Positions 19,952 through 28,568 are shown, counted from the stretch's first letter. The stretch: DNA of 39,556 nucleotides from an uncultured Eubacteriales bacterium (GCA_964456355.1 CAYWAF010000002.1:13975-53530); one strand, 5' to 3'. Notes: generated by a model from the sequence alone, not told the origin. Numbers and translations: made by a program.

Positions 19952-20536
19952 GTGCGTGTGGTCATCGCAGAGGACGAGGCGCTCATACGGATGGACCTCC
20001 GAGAGATGTTGGAAGAGGAAGGTCACGAGGTGGTCGGCGAAGCACGCGACGGCGCAGAGGCGGTCGAGCTGGTGCGTTCGCAGAGGCCCGACATCGTGTT
20101 CATGGACATAGAGATGCCCGTGATGGACGGGCTCGAGGCCGCGAGGATCATCGGGGAGGAGGGCATCGCTCCGGTGGTGATGGTCACGGCCTTCTCTCAG
20201 GTCTCCTATGTCGAGGAGGCCGCGCAGGCAGGCGCCATGGGTTATCTGGTCAAGCCCTTCACGGTGCGCGATGTCGTTCCCGCCATGCACATAGCGACCT
20301 CCCGTTTCACCGAGGCCAGGACCCTCGCTGACGAGGTGGCGGACCTCAACGAGCGCCTGGAGACCCGCAAGGTGCTCGACAAGGCGAAAGGACTCCTCAT
20401 GGCGAAGGGGATGAGTGAACCGGAAGCGTTCAAGAAGTTACAGCGTCTGGCCATGGACAAGCGCAAGACGCTGCGTGAGGTCGCAGAAGCGGTGCTGCTC
20501 GCCTCGGAGGCCCACGATGGCAAAGGCGACGGTTAG
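19952..20536 (+). CDS. pdtaR: Receiver-ANTAR response regulator (PdtaR-like RNA-binding antiterminator)
   Basis: The receiver has VVIAEDE, IVFMDIEMPVMDG, VVMVTA and GYLVKP. The C-terminal ANTAR helix pattern is LETRKVLDKAKGLLMAKGMSEPEAFKKLQRLAMDKRKTLREVAEAVL. Confidence 0.85.
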   Translation: MRVVIAEDEALIRMDLREMLEEEGHEVVGEARDGAEAVELVRSQRPDIVFMDIEMPVMDGLEAARIIGEEGIAPVVMVTAFSQVSYVEEAAQAGAMGYLVKPFTVRDVVPAMHIATSRFTEARTLADEVADLNERLETRKVLDKAKGLLMAKGMSEPEAFKKLQRLAMDKRKTLREVAEAVLLASEAHDGKGDG

Positions 20537-20539
20537 CCG

Positions 20540-21139
20540 ATGCTTGCTGACCTCCTGAGAGAGAATCTGTGGTTCGGGCTGCTGGCAGTCACCGTCTTGT
20601 ACGTACTCGACTACCGTCTCACCCTGATAGGGCAACGCTGGTACAGGATGGGTGCTCACGAGCACTACGTCCTCTCCGGTTCATACGAGCTGAACCCTCC
20701 CTTCGCCGACGACGTGGACTCCGGCAGGGCGATAAGCCTCAGGCACTTTCTAGCCATCGGCAGGATATGGCTGGTGCTGGGGGCCGCATGGTGGCTCTTC
20801 GTCGTCCACTGGGACCTTTCGCAGGTCTACTTGGGGGCGGTCGGCTTCTTCTTGCTGTTGCAACTCCCAGTGCTGATGAGGCACACGCAGAACATCGTCC
20901 TCTTCCGGTTCGTGGTCAGACGCGGCGGCGTGGAAGGCAAGACCGAGGCGGAGCGCTGGCTCGACCTGAAGACGACGGGCGCGATCTTCTGGTACTTCGC
21001 AGCCGCCTACTCCGTGCTCTGGCTGCTCGATGGCAGTCCTCTGTTCCTCGGTGGCGCGTTGGGCTGCTTGTTGGTGGGCGCACGCTTCTGGATTTTCGGA
21101 GGCGAGGCGGAGGAGGACGATCCCGGGCAGGATGCATGA
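20540..21139 (+). CDS. Hypothetical integral membrane protein (possibly DUF5658-like)
   Basis: It starts 3 nt after the pdtaR stop. It has 5-6 hydrophobic segments and an acidic C-terminal tail. The N-terminal LDYRLTLIG ... YELNP resembles the DUF5658 pattern from memory only. Confidence 0.5.
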   Translation: MLADLLRENLWFGLLAVTVLYVLDYRLTLIGQRWYRMGAHEHYVLSGSYELNPPFADDVDSGRAISLRHFLAIGRIWLVLGAAWWLFVVHWDLSQVYLGAVGFFLLLQLPVLMRHTQNIVLFRFVVRRGGVEGKTEAERWLDLKTTGAIFWYFAAAYSVLWLLDGSPLFLGGALGCLLVGARFWIFGGEAEEDDPGQDA

Positions 21140-21222
21140 GATGCCTCGTGACAATCGAACTCGGACGAAAGAGATGTCCCGGCGTCACCGGGAGCCGGTC
21201 CGGAGAGCGATGATGAGCGCCA

Positions 21223-22047
21223 TCACCCGGGCTCGGCGCCGGGGGTGACGAACAGTCGTCTCGCTGCTATCACGAAGAGCACAAGAGCCGCTATCGCCAA
21301 CGGAGACTCGAACGCGTGCAACAAGCCCGTTCGGCCGACCTCTCCGACGACTGCCTGGCCACCGATATATGTGAAGAATCCGAAGTCCCACAAAGCATGG
21401 ATGACCATCAACACGACAAGACTTCCGGTCACGCGCCTTGTGGCATAGAACACGCTGCCCAGTACGAATGCCATGCCGATCTGGCGGAGTGTCTCCCCGA
21501 GACCTTGGCCGAGAAAGAGGTTCATGCCGTGCAGCGCTCCGAAAAACAGCGACGACAGCAACCAGACCCAGACCTCTCTGTAGCTACCCCGGAAAGCGAC
21601 CAGGGACAGGCCCCGGTACGTGATCTCCTCGCAAAAGCCGACGAGCATCGTGCCGATGGCAAGCCAGATGAGATATGCTCCGCCAAGCGCGCCCAGCTGG
21701 CTGTAGTCGATGCCTATGAGTACGGCAGCGAACAGCAGGAGGGGGATGGCCCACATCCAGCGAACACCCACACGTTTCTCCCGAAGCACGGGGCGCCACC
21801 ACCCGAGCATGGTAGTGATGCCTGCCAACACGACTGCGCCGACCGCCAGGGGGATGACGATGCCTCGCACGACCGAATCGGTCGTTTTGCCAAGCTCTGT
21901 GTAGGGCACCCCCATGATCTTCTCCATCGCGAGGAAAAAGAGCATGTACCCTATCGCGATGCCGAAACCGATGAGTGCGGTCGGCGTCACCCTCAGGCTG
22001 GAGACCTCATCGTCCGCGTTCGCGGTGGATCTGTCTTCTTCAACCAT
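21223..22047 (-). CDS. CPBP-family (CAAX/Abi) intramembrane glutamic protease
   Basis: RBS GAGGAGG lies upstream. The three CPBP motifs are EEITYRG, FGALH and HALWD, within a multi-TM protein. Confidence 0.8.
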   Translation of the reverse strand: MVEEDRSTANADDEVSSLRVTPTALIGFGIAIGYMLFFLAMEKIMGVPYTELGKTTDSVVRGIVIPLAVGAVVLAGITTMLGWWRPVLREKRVGVRWMWAIPLLLFAAVLIGIDYSQLGALGGAYLIWLAIGTMLVGFCEEITYRGLSLVAFRGSYREVWVWLLSSLFFGALHGMNLFLGQGLGETLRQIGMAFVLGSVFYATRRVTGSLVVLMVIHALWDFGFFTYIGGQAVVGEVGRTGLLHAFESPLAIAALVLFVIAARRLFVTPGAEPG

Positions 22048-22218
22048 CGAGCCTCCTCGTCGGATCTTCCGTCATCTTTTGGGTTCATACCCTGAAAAGC
22101 ATTCCGAATCAGTCTCGACAGACTCTTGATGAGTCGGGCTGCTCGTGGCGTGTCTGTCGCGCGCACTCTCTCGGTCTCATCCCAGGTTCACCCAACGGGT
22201 ATCGGCTCGATGGGGTTT

Positions 22219-22246
22219 TTGTGAATCGATGCGCACCTGATATAAT
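22219..22246 (+). promoter_or_regulatory. Sigma70/SigA-like promoter with extended -10 (TTGTGA-16 nt-TATAAT; TGaTATAAT)
   Basis: The -35-like TTGTGA is at 22219-22224 and TG-a-TATAAT at 22238-22246. This stands out in a GC-rich genome. It predicts a ~125-nt leader before the ATG at 22378. Confidence 0.5.
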
Positions 22247-22377
22247 GCTTCACGCGCTCCACGATGATGTGGGGCGGACATAGATGACGAGCAACGACGC
22301 TCGCTCGGTCCGTCTGGGCCTTGCGGGCGTTTTCATATGTACCGGTCGCCTGTCAGGACGAGGGAAGGGCTATAAAG

Positions 22378-23745
22378 ATGAAGGAGTTCGCGGTCTTCTG
22401 GGGATGCACGATCCCTGCCCGCTTCCCGTTCATAGAGAAGTCGCTCAGGGTCCTCTTCGACGAGCTCGGTGCCACCATCCACGAGTTGGAGGGGCACACA
22501 TGCTGTCCGGAGGGCACCCTCGTCAAAGCCAACGATCCCGACTCCTTCTTCACGACCGCCGCACGCAACCTGGCGATCGTCGAGAAGGCGGGGCTGGACC
22601 TGGTGACGCCGTGCAACGGCTGTTATTCGACGTTCAAAGAGGCTCAAAGCCATCTGAAGACCCACTGGCGCGAGCGCGAGAAGATAAACGAACGTCTGGC
22701 TCCCGAGGGGCTCGAGTACCGGGGTGACCTGAGGGTAGTGCACTTCGCCGAATGGCTCGCGGACCATATGGGCACGGGCATGGTGACCGCGAAGGCCAAG
22801 AAGCACCTGTGGGGCATGAACATCGCCGTGCATTACGGCTGTCATCTCCTGCGTCCTCAACCTGCCATCACGTGGGACGACCCGCTCAACCCCACCAAGG
22901 TCGAGGGGATAGTCGCGGCCCTCGGCGCCAACGTCGTCGACTATCCGTCCAAGATGCAGTGTTGTGGCGGTTACCTGGACCGTGTGGGCGAGCGTGACGG
23001 CTCCCTCGCCTTCAACCGCAGGAAGCTCTACGACCTGGAGCGTCACGGTGCGGACGCCCTCATCGTGGTATGCCCTTCCTGCTTCCAGCAGTTCGATCTC
23101 AACCAGGCCGCATTGCAGCGCGCCAACGAGCAGATACACATACCCGTCCTCTACCTCTCCGAACTTTTGGACCTGACCTACGGACACGATCCGGAGGAGC
23201 TGGGCCTGAGCATGCACAGGGTCGACGTCTCCCCGTTCTTGGAGAAGTGGGCGAGTCGTCATGAGGACAAGGCACGGCTCGAGGAGGACTTCGACGTCTC
23301 GCTCCTGGCCAAGTGCTACAGCTGTCAGGCATGCAAGGACGATTGCCCGGTCTGCAAGATCGACCCGACATTCCAGCCGCTCGAGATAATCGGCCGGCTT
23401 CTGAGGGGCGAGATCGACGACGTGCTCGACGACCCCAACATCTGGAAATGCCTCGAGTGCTACACGTGCTTGGAACTGTGCCATTCGGAGATAGGCATGG
23501 CCGAGACGTTCCGCAAGCTCAAGGAGCTCTCCTTGGAGAAAGGGACCAACCCTGAGCAGATACCTGCCAGTTACGAGACGTTTCTGGAGACAGGACTTCT
23601 GGGCAAGCCGAGGGAGAGCGCACGCAAGAAGTTGGGCCTCGGGCCTCTGCCCGAGACCGGTGGAGACGTGATCAAACGGATCATGGGCGGCGAGGAAGCA
23701 TCCGCTGCTGATGATGCGGAGGAAGAAGGAGAGGAAGAGCGATGA
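22378..23745 (+). CDS. HdrB-like (2x CCG cysteine-rich domain) fused to HdrC-like 2x[4Fe-4S] ferredoxin domain
   Basis: ATG 22378 follows GAGGGAAGGG. The first CCG unit is WGC...CCPEG...PCNGC and the second is YGC...CCGG...CPSC. The C-terminus has CYSCQACKDDCP and CLECYTCLELCH, followed by an acidic tail. Confidence 0.8.
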   Translation: MKEFAVFWGCTIPARFPFIEKSLRVLFDELGATIHELEGHTCCPEGTLVKANDPDSFFTTAARNLAIVEKAGLDLVTPCNGCYSTFKEAQSHLKTHWREREKINERLAPEGLEYRGDLRVVHFAEWLADHMGTGMVTAKAKKHLWGMNIAVHYGCHLLRPQPAITWDDPLNPTKVEGIVAALGANVVDYPSKMQCCGGYLDRVGERDGSLAFNRRKLYDLERHGADALIVVCPSCFQQFDLNQAALQRANEQIHIPVLYLSELLDLTYGHDPEELGLSMHRVDVSPFLEKWASRHEDKARLEEDFDVSLLAKCYSCQACKDDCPVCKIDPTFQPLEIIGRLLRGEIDDVLDDPNIWKCLECYTCLELCHSEIGMAETFRKLKELSLEKGTNPEQIPASYETFLETGLLGKPRESARKKLGLGPLPETGGDVIKRIMGGEEASAADDAEEEGEEER

Positions 23746-25016
23746 GTCACGAACCGCTTATGGAGCGGGGGACGACGACGAAGATGCCCTCCCTCACCGA
23801 CCGTGAGGGAGTCTTCGGTCTGGAGCGTCCGCACTATGCAGAAGAGGCCTCCTTCAAGATACATGGCGGATGCGGACTGGTGGGCATCTGCGACGAGTCC
23901 GGCTCGATGATGAGCGGGGAGATAGCCATCCGCTCGATGGCGGTCCAGCGGGACCGCGGCAACGGTCTGGGCGCAGGCTACGCGGGATACGGGATATACC
24001 CGGAGTTCCCGGACCACTTCTGTTTCCACATGATGTACCACGACATCAAGGCGAAAGAGGACACAGAAGCGATCTTCGACCAGTACTTCGTCGTCGACCT
24101 GGCCGAGCCGATGCCCACGCGCCCGGCCCGCGGGATAAGCGACGCCCCGTTACTGTGGCGCTACTTCGTCACTCCCGACCCTCATAAGATCGAAGGGACG
24201 GAGATGTCGGCCGACGACTTCGTCGTCCACACCGTCATGCTCATAAACTCCAGCGTCGACGGTGCTTTCGTGGCCTCTAGCGGAAAGAACATGGGCGCGT
24301 TCAAGGGCGTCGGCTTCCCCGAGGAGATAGGCCACTACTACCTGCTCGAGGAGTACGAGGGTCACACGTGGGTCGGCCATAACCGCTTTCCGACGAACAC
24401 CCCCGGCTGGTGGGGCGGCGCCCACCCGTTCACGTTGCTCGACTGGTCGATCGTGCACAACGGCGAGATCTCCAGTTACGGCATCAACAGCCGCTATCTC
24501 GAGCAGTACGGCTACAAATGCGCACTCGGCACCGATACCGAGGTAGCAGCATATCTGTTCGATCTGATGTTACGTCGCCACAAGTTGCCGCTCGAGTTGG
24601 CCTGCAAGGTGCTCGCGAGTCCTCTGTGGTCGGAGATAGACCGCATGCCCGAAGAGGAACAGGTGCTCATGCGCTCGCTACGTGCCGTCTACGGCCCAGG
24701 GATGTTGAACGGTCCGTTCGCCATCGTGCTTGGCTTCAACGGCGGGATGGTCGCCCTCAACGACCGCATCAAGTTGCGGCCGCTCGTGGCCGCCCGGCAG
24801 GACTCGATAGTCGCGGTCGCCTCGGAGGAGAGTGCGCTCCGGGAGGTGTTGGACTCGCCCGATGCGGTATGGATGCCGAAGGCCGGCGAGCCCGTCATCG
24901 CGCGGGTGAGGGGTATGGAGTGGCCCATCCACGGCGACCTTCACCTTTCCGCTTCAGAGGTCTCCTGTGCCGTCACCGGCTCGGAAGACTCGTGCGAGAC
25001 CATGGAGGTGGGCTAG
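23742..25016 (+). CDS. Class II (Ntn) glutamine amidotransferase, glutamate synthase domain-1 type
   Basis: The start overlaps the upstream stop as ATGA. The catalytic-Cys context is HGG-CGLVGI at residue 44. Also present are HNRFPTNT and VHNGEI, typical of GltB/PurF-type GATases. Confidence 0.82.
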   Translation: MSHEPLMERGTTTKMPSLTDREGVFGLERPHYAEEASFKIHGGCGLVGICDESGSMMSGEIAIRSMAVQRDRGNGLGAGYAGYGIYPEFPDHFCFHMMYHDIKAKEDTEAIFDQYFVVDLAEPMPTRPARGISDAPLLWRYFVTPDPHKIEGTEMSADDFVVHTVMLINSSVDGAFVASSGKNMGAFKGVGFPEEIGHYYLLEEYEGHTWVGHNRFPTNTPGWWGGAHPFTLLDWSIVHNGEISSYGINSRYLEQYGYKCALGTDTEVAAYLFDLMLRRHKLPLELACKVLASPLWSEIDRMPEEEQVLMRSLRAVYGPGMLNGPFAIVLGFNGGMVALNDRIKLRPLVAARQDSIVAVASEESALREVLDSPDAVWMPKAGEPVIARVRGMEWPIHGDLHLSASEVSCAVTGSEDSCETMEVG

Positions 25017-25019
25017 CAG

Positions 25020-26531
25020 ATGCCGATCAGCCTGATCCAGCCTGAGTTCAAGGTCCACATCGACTACGACAAGTGTCACAAGTGCGGCCGTTGCGTGCAG
25101 CAGTGTGGCTGGGGGGTCTACTCGTTCAACGAGCGGCCCATCCCCGACGACTCGAAGTGTCGCGCATGTCACCGCTGCGTGACGTACTGTCCGGCCCACT
25201 GCATCACCATCAAGAAGAACGACCTGGCATACCGCTCGAACGAGCACTGGTATCCCGGGCTGCGCAAGGCAGTCTGGCGTCAGGCCGAGACCGGTGGCGT
25301 GATGCTCACCGGCATGGGCAACGACATGCCGTTCCTCAACATCTTCGACCATCTCGTCCTGGATGCTTGCCAGGTCACCAACCCTTCCATCGACCCTCTC
25401 CGTGAGCCGATGGAGCTGCGCACCTATCTGGGCCGTAAGCCGGACTCGGTCGAGGTCGAGGTCGACGAGAACGGCGGCTACCGCCTGAAAGGCGAGGACG
25501 CGGTAGCCCGCAACATACAGCTGGAGGCCCCCATCATCTTCTCGCCGATGAGTTACGGCTCGGTCTCGCTGAACGTGCACAAGTCGCTTGCGATGGCCGC
25601 CCAGCGTTGCGGCATCCTCATGAACACGGGCGAGGGTGGACTGCACGCCGACCTCTACCCCTACCAGGACAACGTGATAGTCCAGGTGGCTTCGGGCCGC
25701 TTCGGGGTCAACCCCGAGTACCTCAACCGTGGTGCTGCGATGGAGATCAAGATAGGGCAGGGCGCCAAGCCGGGCATCGGCGGGCACCTGCCGGGCGAGA
25801 AGATAAACCGCGAGGTCTCCGAGACGCGGATGATACCGCAGGGCTCCGACGCCATATCGCCCGCTCCTCACCACGACATCTACTCCATCGAGGACCTGCG
25901 CCAACTCATCTACTCGCTGAAGGAGGCGACCGGCTACAAGCCGGTGGGTGTCAAGATAGCGGCGGTCCACAACGTCGCTGCCATAGCCAGCGGCATCGTG
26001 CGCGCCGGGGCCGACTACGTGTACCTGGACGGTTTCCGGGGAGGCACGGGCGCTGCGCCGCAGATCATCCGCAACCACATCGGCATACCCATCGAGATAG
26101 CCGTGGCCGTCGTCGACCAGCGCCTGCGTGATGAAGGCATCCGCAACCAGGCATCCATCGTGGCAGCCGGTTCGATCCGCTCCTCGGCCGACCTGGCCAA
26201 GGTGATCGCTTTGGGCGCCGACGTCGCCGCCATCGGTTCGACCGCGCTCATGGCGCTCGGTTGCCATCTGTGTCAGGGATGCCATACAGGGCTGTGCTCC
26301 TGGGGCATCACCACGCAGAAGCCTGAACTCACGCGCCGGATAGACCCGGAGTGGGGCGCCGAGCGTCTGAGCAACCTCATCCATGCGTGGAGTCACGAAC
26401 TCCAGGAGATACTGGGTGCCCTCGGCGTGAACGCGGTGGAGTCCCTCAGAGGGAGCCGCGAGCGTCTGCGTGCTGTGGGCCTCGACGAGCAGACCTGCGA
26501 GATCCTGGGCGTCAAGCCCGCTGGCCGCTAG
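25020..26531 (+). CDS. Glutamate synthase FMN/Fe-S domain with N-terminal 2x[4Fe-4S] ferredoxin insert (archaeal type)
   Basis: The ferredoxin motifs are CHKCGRCVQQC and CRACHRCVTYCP. GltS FMN-domain motifs are NTGEGG, KIGQGAKPGIGGHLPG and DGFRGGTGAAP, plus the Cys cluster LGCHLCQGCHTGLC. Confidence 0.85.
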   Translation: MPISLIQPEFKVHIDYDKCHKCGRCVQQCGWGVYSFNERPIPDDSKCRACHRCVTYCPAHCITIKKNDLAYRSNEHWYPGLRKAVWRQAETGGVMLTGMGNDMPFLNIFDHLVLDACQVTNPSIDPLREPMELRTYLGRKPDSVEVEVDENGGYRLKGEDAVARNIQLEAPIIFSPMSYGSVSLNVHKSLAMAAQRCGILMNTGEGGLHADLYPYQDNVIVQVASGRFGVNPEYLNRGAAMEIKIGQGAKPGIGGHLPGEKINREVSETRMIPQGSDAISPAPHHDIYSIEDLRQLIYSLKEATGYKPVGVKIAAVHNVAAIASGIVRAGADYVYLDGFRGGTGAAPQIIRNHIGIPIEIAVAVVDQRLRDEGIRNQASIVAAGSIRSSADLAKVIALGADVAAIGSTALMALGCHLCQGCHTGLCSWGITTQKPELTRRIDPEWGAERLSNLIHAWSHELQEILGALGVNAVESLRGSRERLRAVGLDEQTCEILGVKPAGR

Positions 26532-26545
26532 TTAGGAGATGCGTG

Positions 26546-27370
26546 ATGACTCAAGCGACTGAGAAGCGCACCGGACCCATCGAGGGTTACCGGATGGTCG
26601 AGCCGAAGGTCACCGTCGAGGGTGACGTGTTCACCATCGATGCGCGCAACATCTACTACAAGCAGATGAACGAAGCGGTGCGCCGGGCCATAGCCGATGG
26701 CGCGAAGACCATAAGACTCATGGGTGTGAACGGTCAGCGTTACATAGGCACCGGCCTCAAAGGCCCCGATGTCCGCATCGAGGTGCACGGGACCGCCGGC
26801 AACGACATGGCCATGTTCATGGACGGACCCACCCTGGAGGTCTTCGGCAACGCCCAGGACGGCGTCGGCAACACCATGAACGCAGGCAAGGTGTTCGTGC
26901 ACGGGGATGCAGGCGACGTGCTGGGTTACGGGATGCGTGGCGGTCGCGTCTTCATCAAAGGCGACGTCGGCTACAGGGTGGGCATCCACATGAAGGCCTA
27001 CGAGAGCCTCGTCCCGGTCATGGTGTGCGGCGGGAAGTCACGCGACTTCTTCGGCGAGTACATGGCAGGCGGCATGCTCGTGCTGCTGGGCATGGACTCT
27101 CAGATGAAGGGGCCCATCGTGGGCGGCTATGTCGGCACGGGCATGCATGGAGGCGTGATCTACCTGCGCGGTGAGCTCGAGCCGTGGCAGGTGGGCAAGG
27201 AGTGCGGCATCTTCACCGCCGACGAGGACGACCTCGTAGAGCTCAAGCCCGTGCTGGAGGAGTACTGTGAGGCTTTCGAGGCCGACCTCGACGAGGTCCT
27301 CTCCGTCCCGTTCACCAAACTGGTGCCGATAAGCCATCGCCCCTACGGGAAGCTGTACACGTACCTGTAG
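26546..27370 (+). CDS. GXGXG-motif domain protein (GltB C-terminal domain / FwdC-like)
   Basis: ATG 26546 lies 7 nt after AGGAG. Repeated beta-helix G-x-G motifs are present: HGTAGNDMAMFMDG, VFGNAQDGVGNTMNAG, VHGDAGDVLGYGMRGG, IKGDVGYRVG. Confidence 0.82.
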   Translation: MTQATEKRTGPIEGYRMVEPKVTVEGDVFTIDARNIYYKQMNEAVRRAIADGAKTIRLMGVNGQRYIGTGLKGPDVRIEVHGTAGNDMAMFMDGPTLEVFGNAQDGVGNTMNAGKVFVHGDAGDVLGYGMRGGRVFIKGDVGYRVGIHMKAYESLVPVMVCGGKSRDFFGEYMAGGMLVLLGMDSQMKGPIVGGYVGTGMHGGVIYLRGELEPWQVGKECGIFTADEDDLVELKPVLEEYCEAFEADLDEVLSVPFTKLVPISHRPYGKLYTYL

Positions 27371-27425
27371 AATGAGGCTCGGGCATATGCATCGATGAGG
27401 TCAAGGGGAGAGCGGGTGCCATAGC

Positions 27426-28568
27426 GTGATCGGCTACGTGGTGGGGATAGGCAAGACACGTTTCGGTCCCTCCAGCCATGCCCTCCCGTATCTCGCTCAG
27501 GAGGCGATGGTCGATGCCCTGGAGGACGCAGGGCTTTCGCCGCATGACCTCGGCGCCTTCATCGTGGCCAACTTCCTCGGCGGGCCGAACGAGCATCAAC
27601 TCCATCTGAACTCCGTGGTCGCCAGTCTCATGCCAGGGGTGCATGTCCCCGGCTGGCGGGTCGAAGCGGCCTGCGCCGCCGGAGGCGTGGCCGTGCACCA
27701 GGCGCTCGCGCTGCTCGACACCTACGACCCCATACTCGTCATCGGGGTGGAGCGGTTGAGTGGTCTACCCGGTGCCGAGTTGACCCGCAACATCGGGATG
27801 GCCGGCGATGTCCTTCTGGACCAGGCCTTCGGGCTCAATTTCCCTGCGAGTTATGCGCTCGTGGCTCAGAGGCACATGCAGGAGCACGGGACGACCACGC
27901 GTGACTTCGAACTCATCAGCCTGAAGAACCATGCCAACGCCCGACTCAACCCCAAGGCCCACTTCCATCGAAAACAGGTCACCCAGTCCGACATCGATGC
28001 CGGTCCCACGGTGGCTGCTCCGCTGCGCCTGTTCGATTGCTGTCCCGTCTCGGACGGTGCCGCGGCGGCGGTGGTCTCCAGAAAACCCGTCGGTCCCAGG
28101 AGCGTGCCGGTCCTCGGCAGCGCTGTGAGGACCGACGTCATCTCGCTCGCACAACGTAAGACCCACACGAGCTTCCTGGCTGCGAAGAAGGCTGCTCATA
28201 CGGCCTACGCCCAGGCCGGCATCAGCGCAGGAGACACGGGTTTCGCCGAGGTCCACGATTGCTTCACGATAGCGGAGATAGTGGCCATGGAGGACCTGGG
28301 GCTCGCCGAGCCCGGACATGCGGTGGACCTCATACGCGAAGGCGAGACAGGCATCGAGGGCAGGATCCCGATAAACCCGAGCGGCGGCCTGAAAGCGGGT
28401 GGCCACGCCATCGGAGCCACGGGCGTGGGTCAGGTCTACGAGGCCGTCATGCAGATCCGCGGAGAGGCGGCCGAGCGTCAGGTGCAGGATGTGCGTTACG
28501 GGGTCACCCACAACGTCGGAGGCGTCGGCGGGACATGCGCCGTCCATGTCCTTGGAGGTCCGCGATGA
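27426..28568 (+). CDS. Thiolase-fold protein of the archaeal/SCP-x type (acetyl-CoA acetyltransferase-like)
   Basis: The N-terminus is GYVVGIGKTRFG. The nucleophile context is VEAACAAGG, and NPSGGLKAGGHAIGATG is present. It is 380 aa and is followed by a DUF35-containing gene with an ATGA overlap. Confidence 0.85.
   Translation: MIGYVVGIGKTRFGPSSHALPYLAQEAMVDALEDAGLSPHDLGAFIVANFLGGPNEHQLHLNSVVASLMPGVHVPGWRVEAACAAGGVAVHQALALLDTYDPILVIGVERLSGLPGAELTRNIGMAGDVLLDQAFGLNFPASYALVAQRHMQEHGTTTRDFELISLKNHANARLNPKAHFHRKQVTQSDIDAGPTVAAPLRLFDCCPVSDGAAAAVVSRKPVGPRSVPVLGSAVRTDVISLAQRKTHTSFLAAKKAAHTAYAQAGISAGDTGFAEVHDCFTIAEIVAMEDLGLAEPGHAVDLIREGETGIEGRIPINPSGGLKAGGHAIGATGVGQVYEAVMQIRGEAAERQVQDVRYGVTHNVGGVGGTCAVHVLGGPR

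Noticed and set aside
20569-21213. 214-aa + strand ORF overlapping the 199-aa membrane protein gene in another frame
   Set aside because: It is Arg/Gly-rich and low in complexity. The alternative frame (20540-21139) gives coherent TM helices and starts 3 nt after the pdtaR stop.
22284-22727. 147-aa ORF starting in the Hdr/GltS leader, considered as a possible leader peptide
   Set aside because: It runs 350 nt off-frame into the Hdr-like CDS, has no RBS and shows no regulatory codon pattern. The leader is better explained as RNA structure.
24954-26396. 480-aa ORF antisense to the GltS FMN-domain gene
   Set aside because: The opposite strand encodes unmistakable GltS FMN/Fe-S motifs, so this ORF is a high-GC shadow.
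28259-28564. N-terminal extensions offered by the ORF track: 28259 for the DUF35-HBD gene, 4888 for trpF, 22321 for the Hdr-like gene, 26351 for the GXGXG gene, 34139 for glnA and 35642 for the regulator
   Set aside because: The extensions overlap upstream genes or structured intergenic RNA and are Arg/Gly/Pro-rich. They precede internal starts that have proper RBSs or ATGA coupling and canonical family N-termini.
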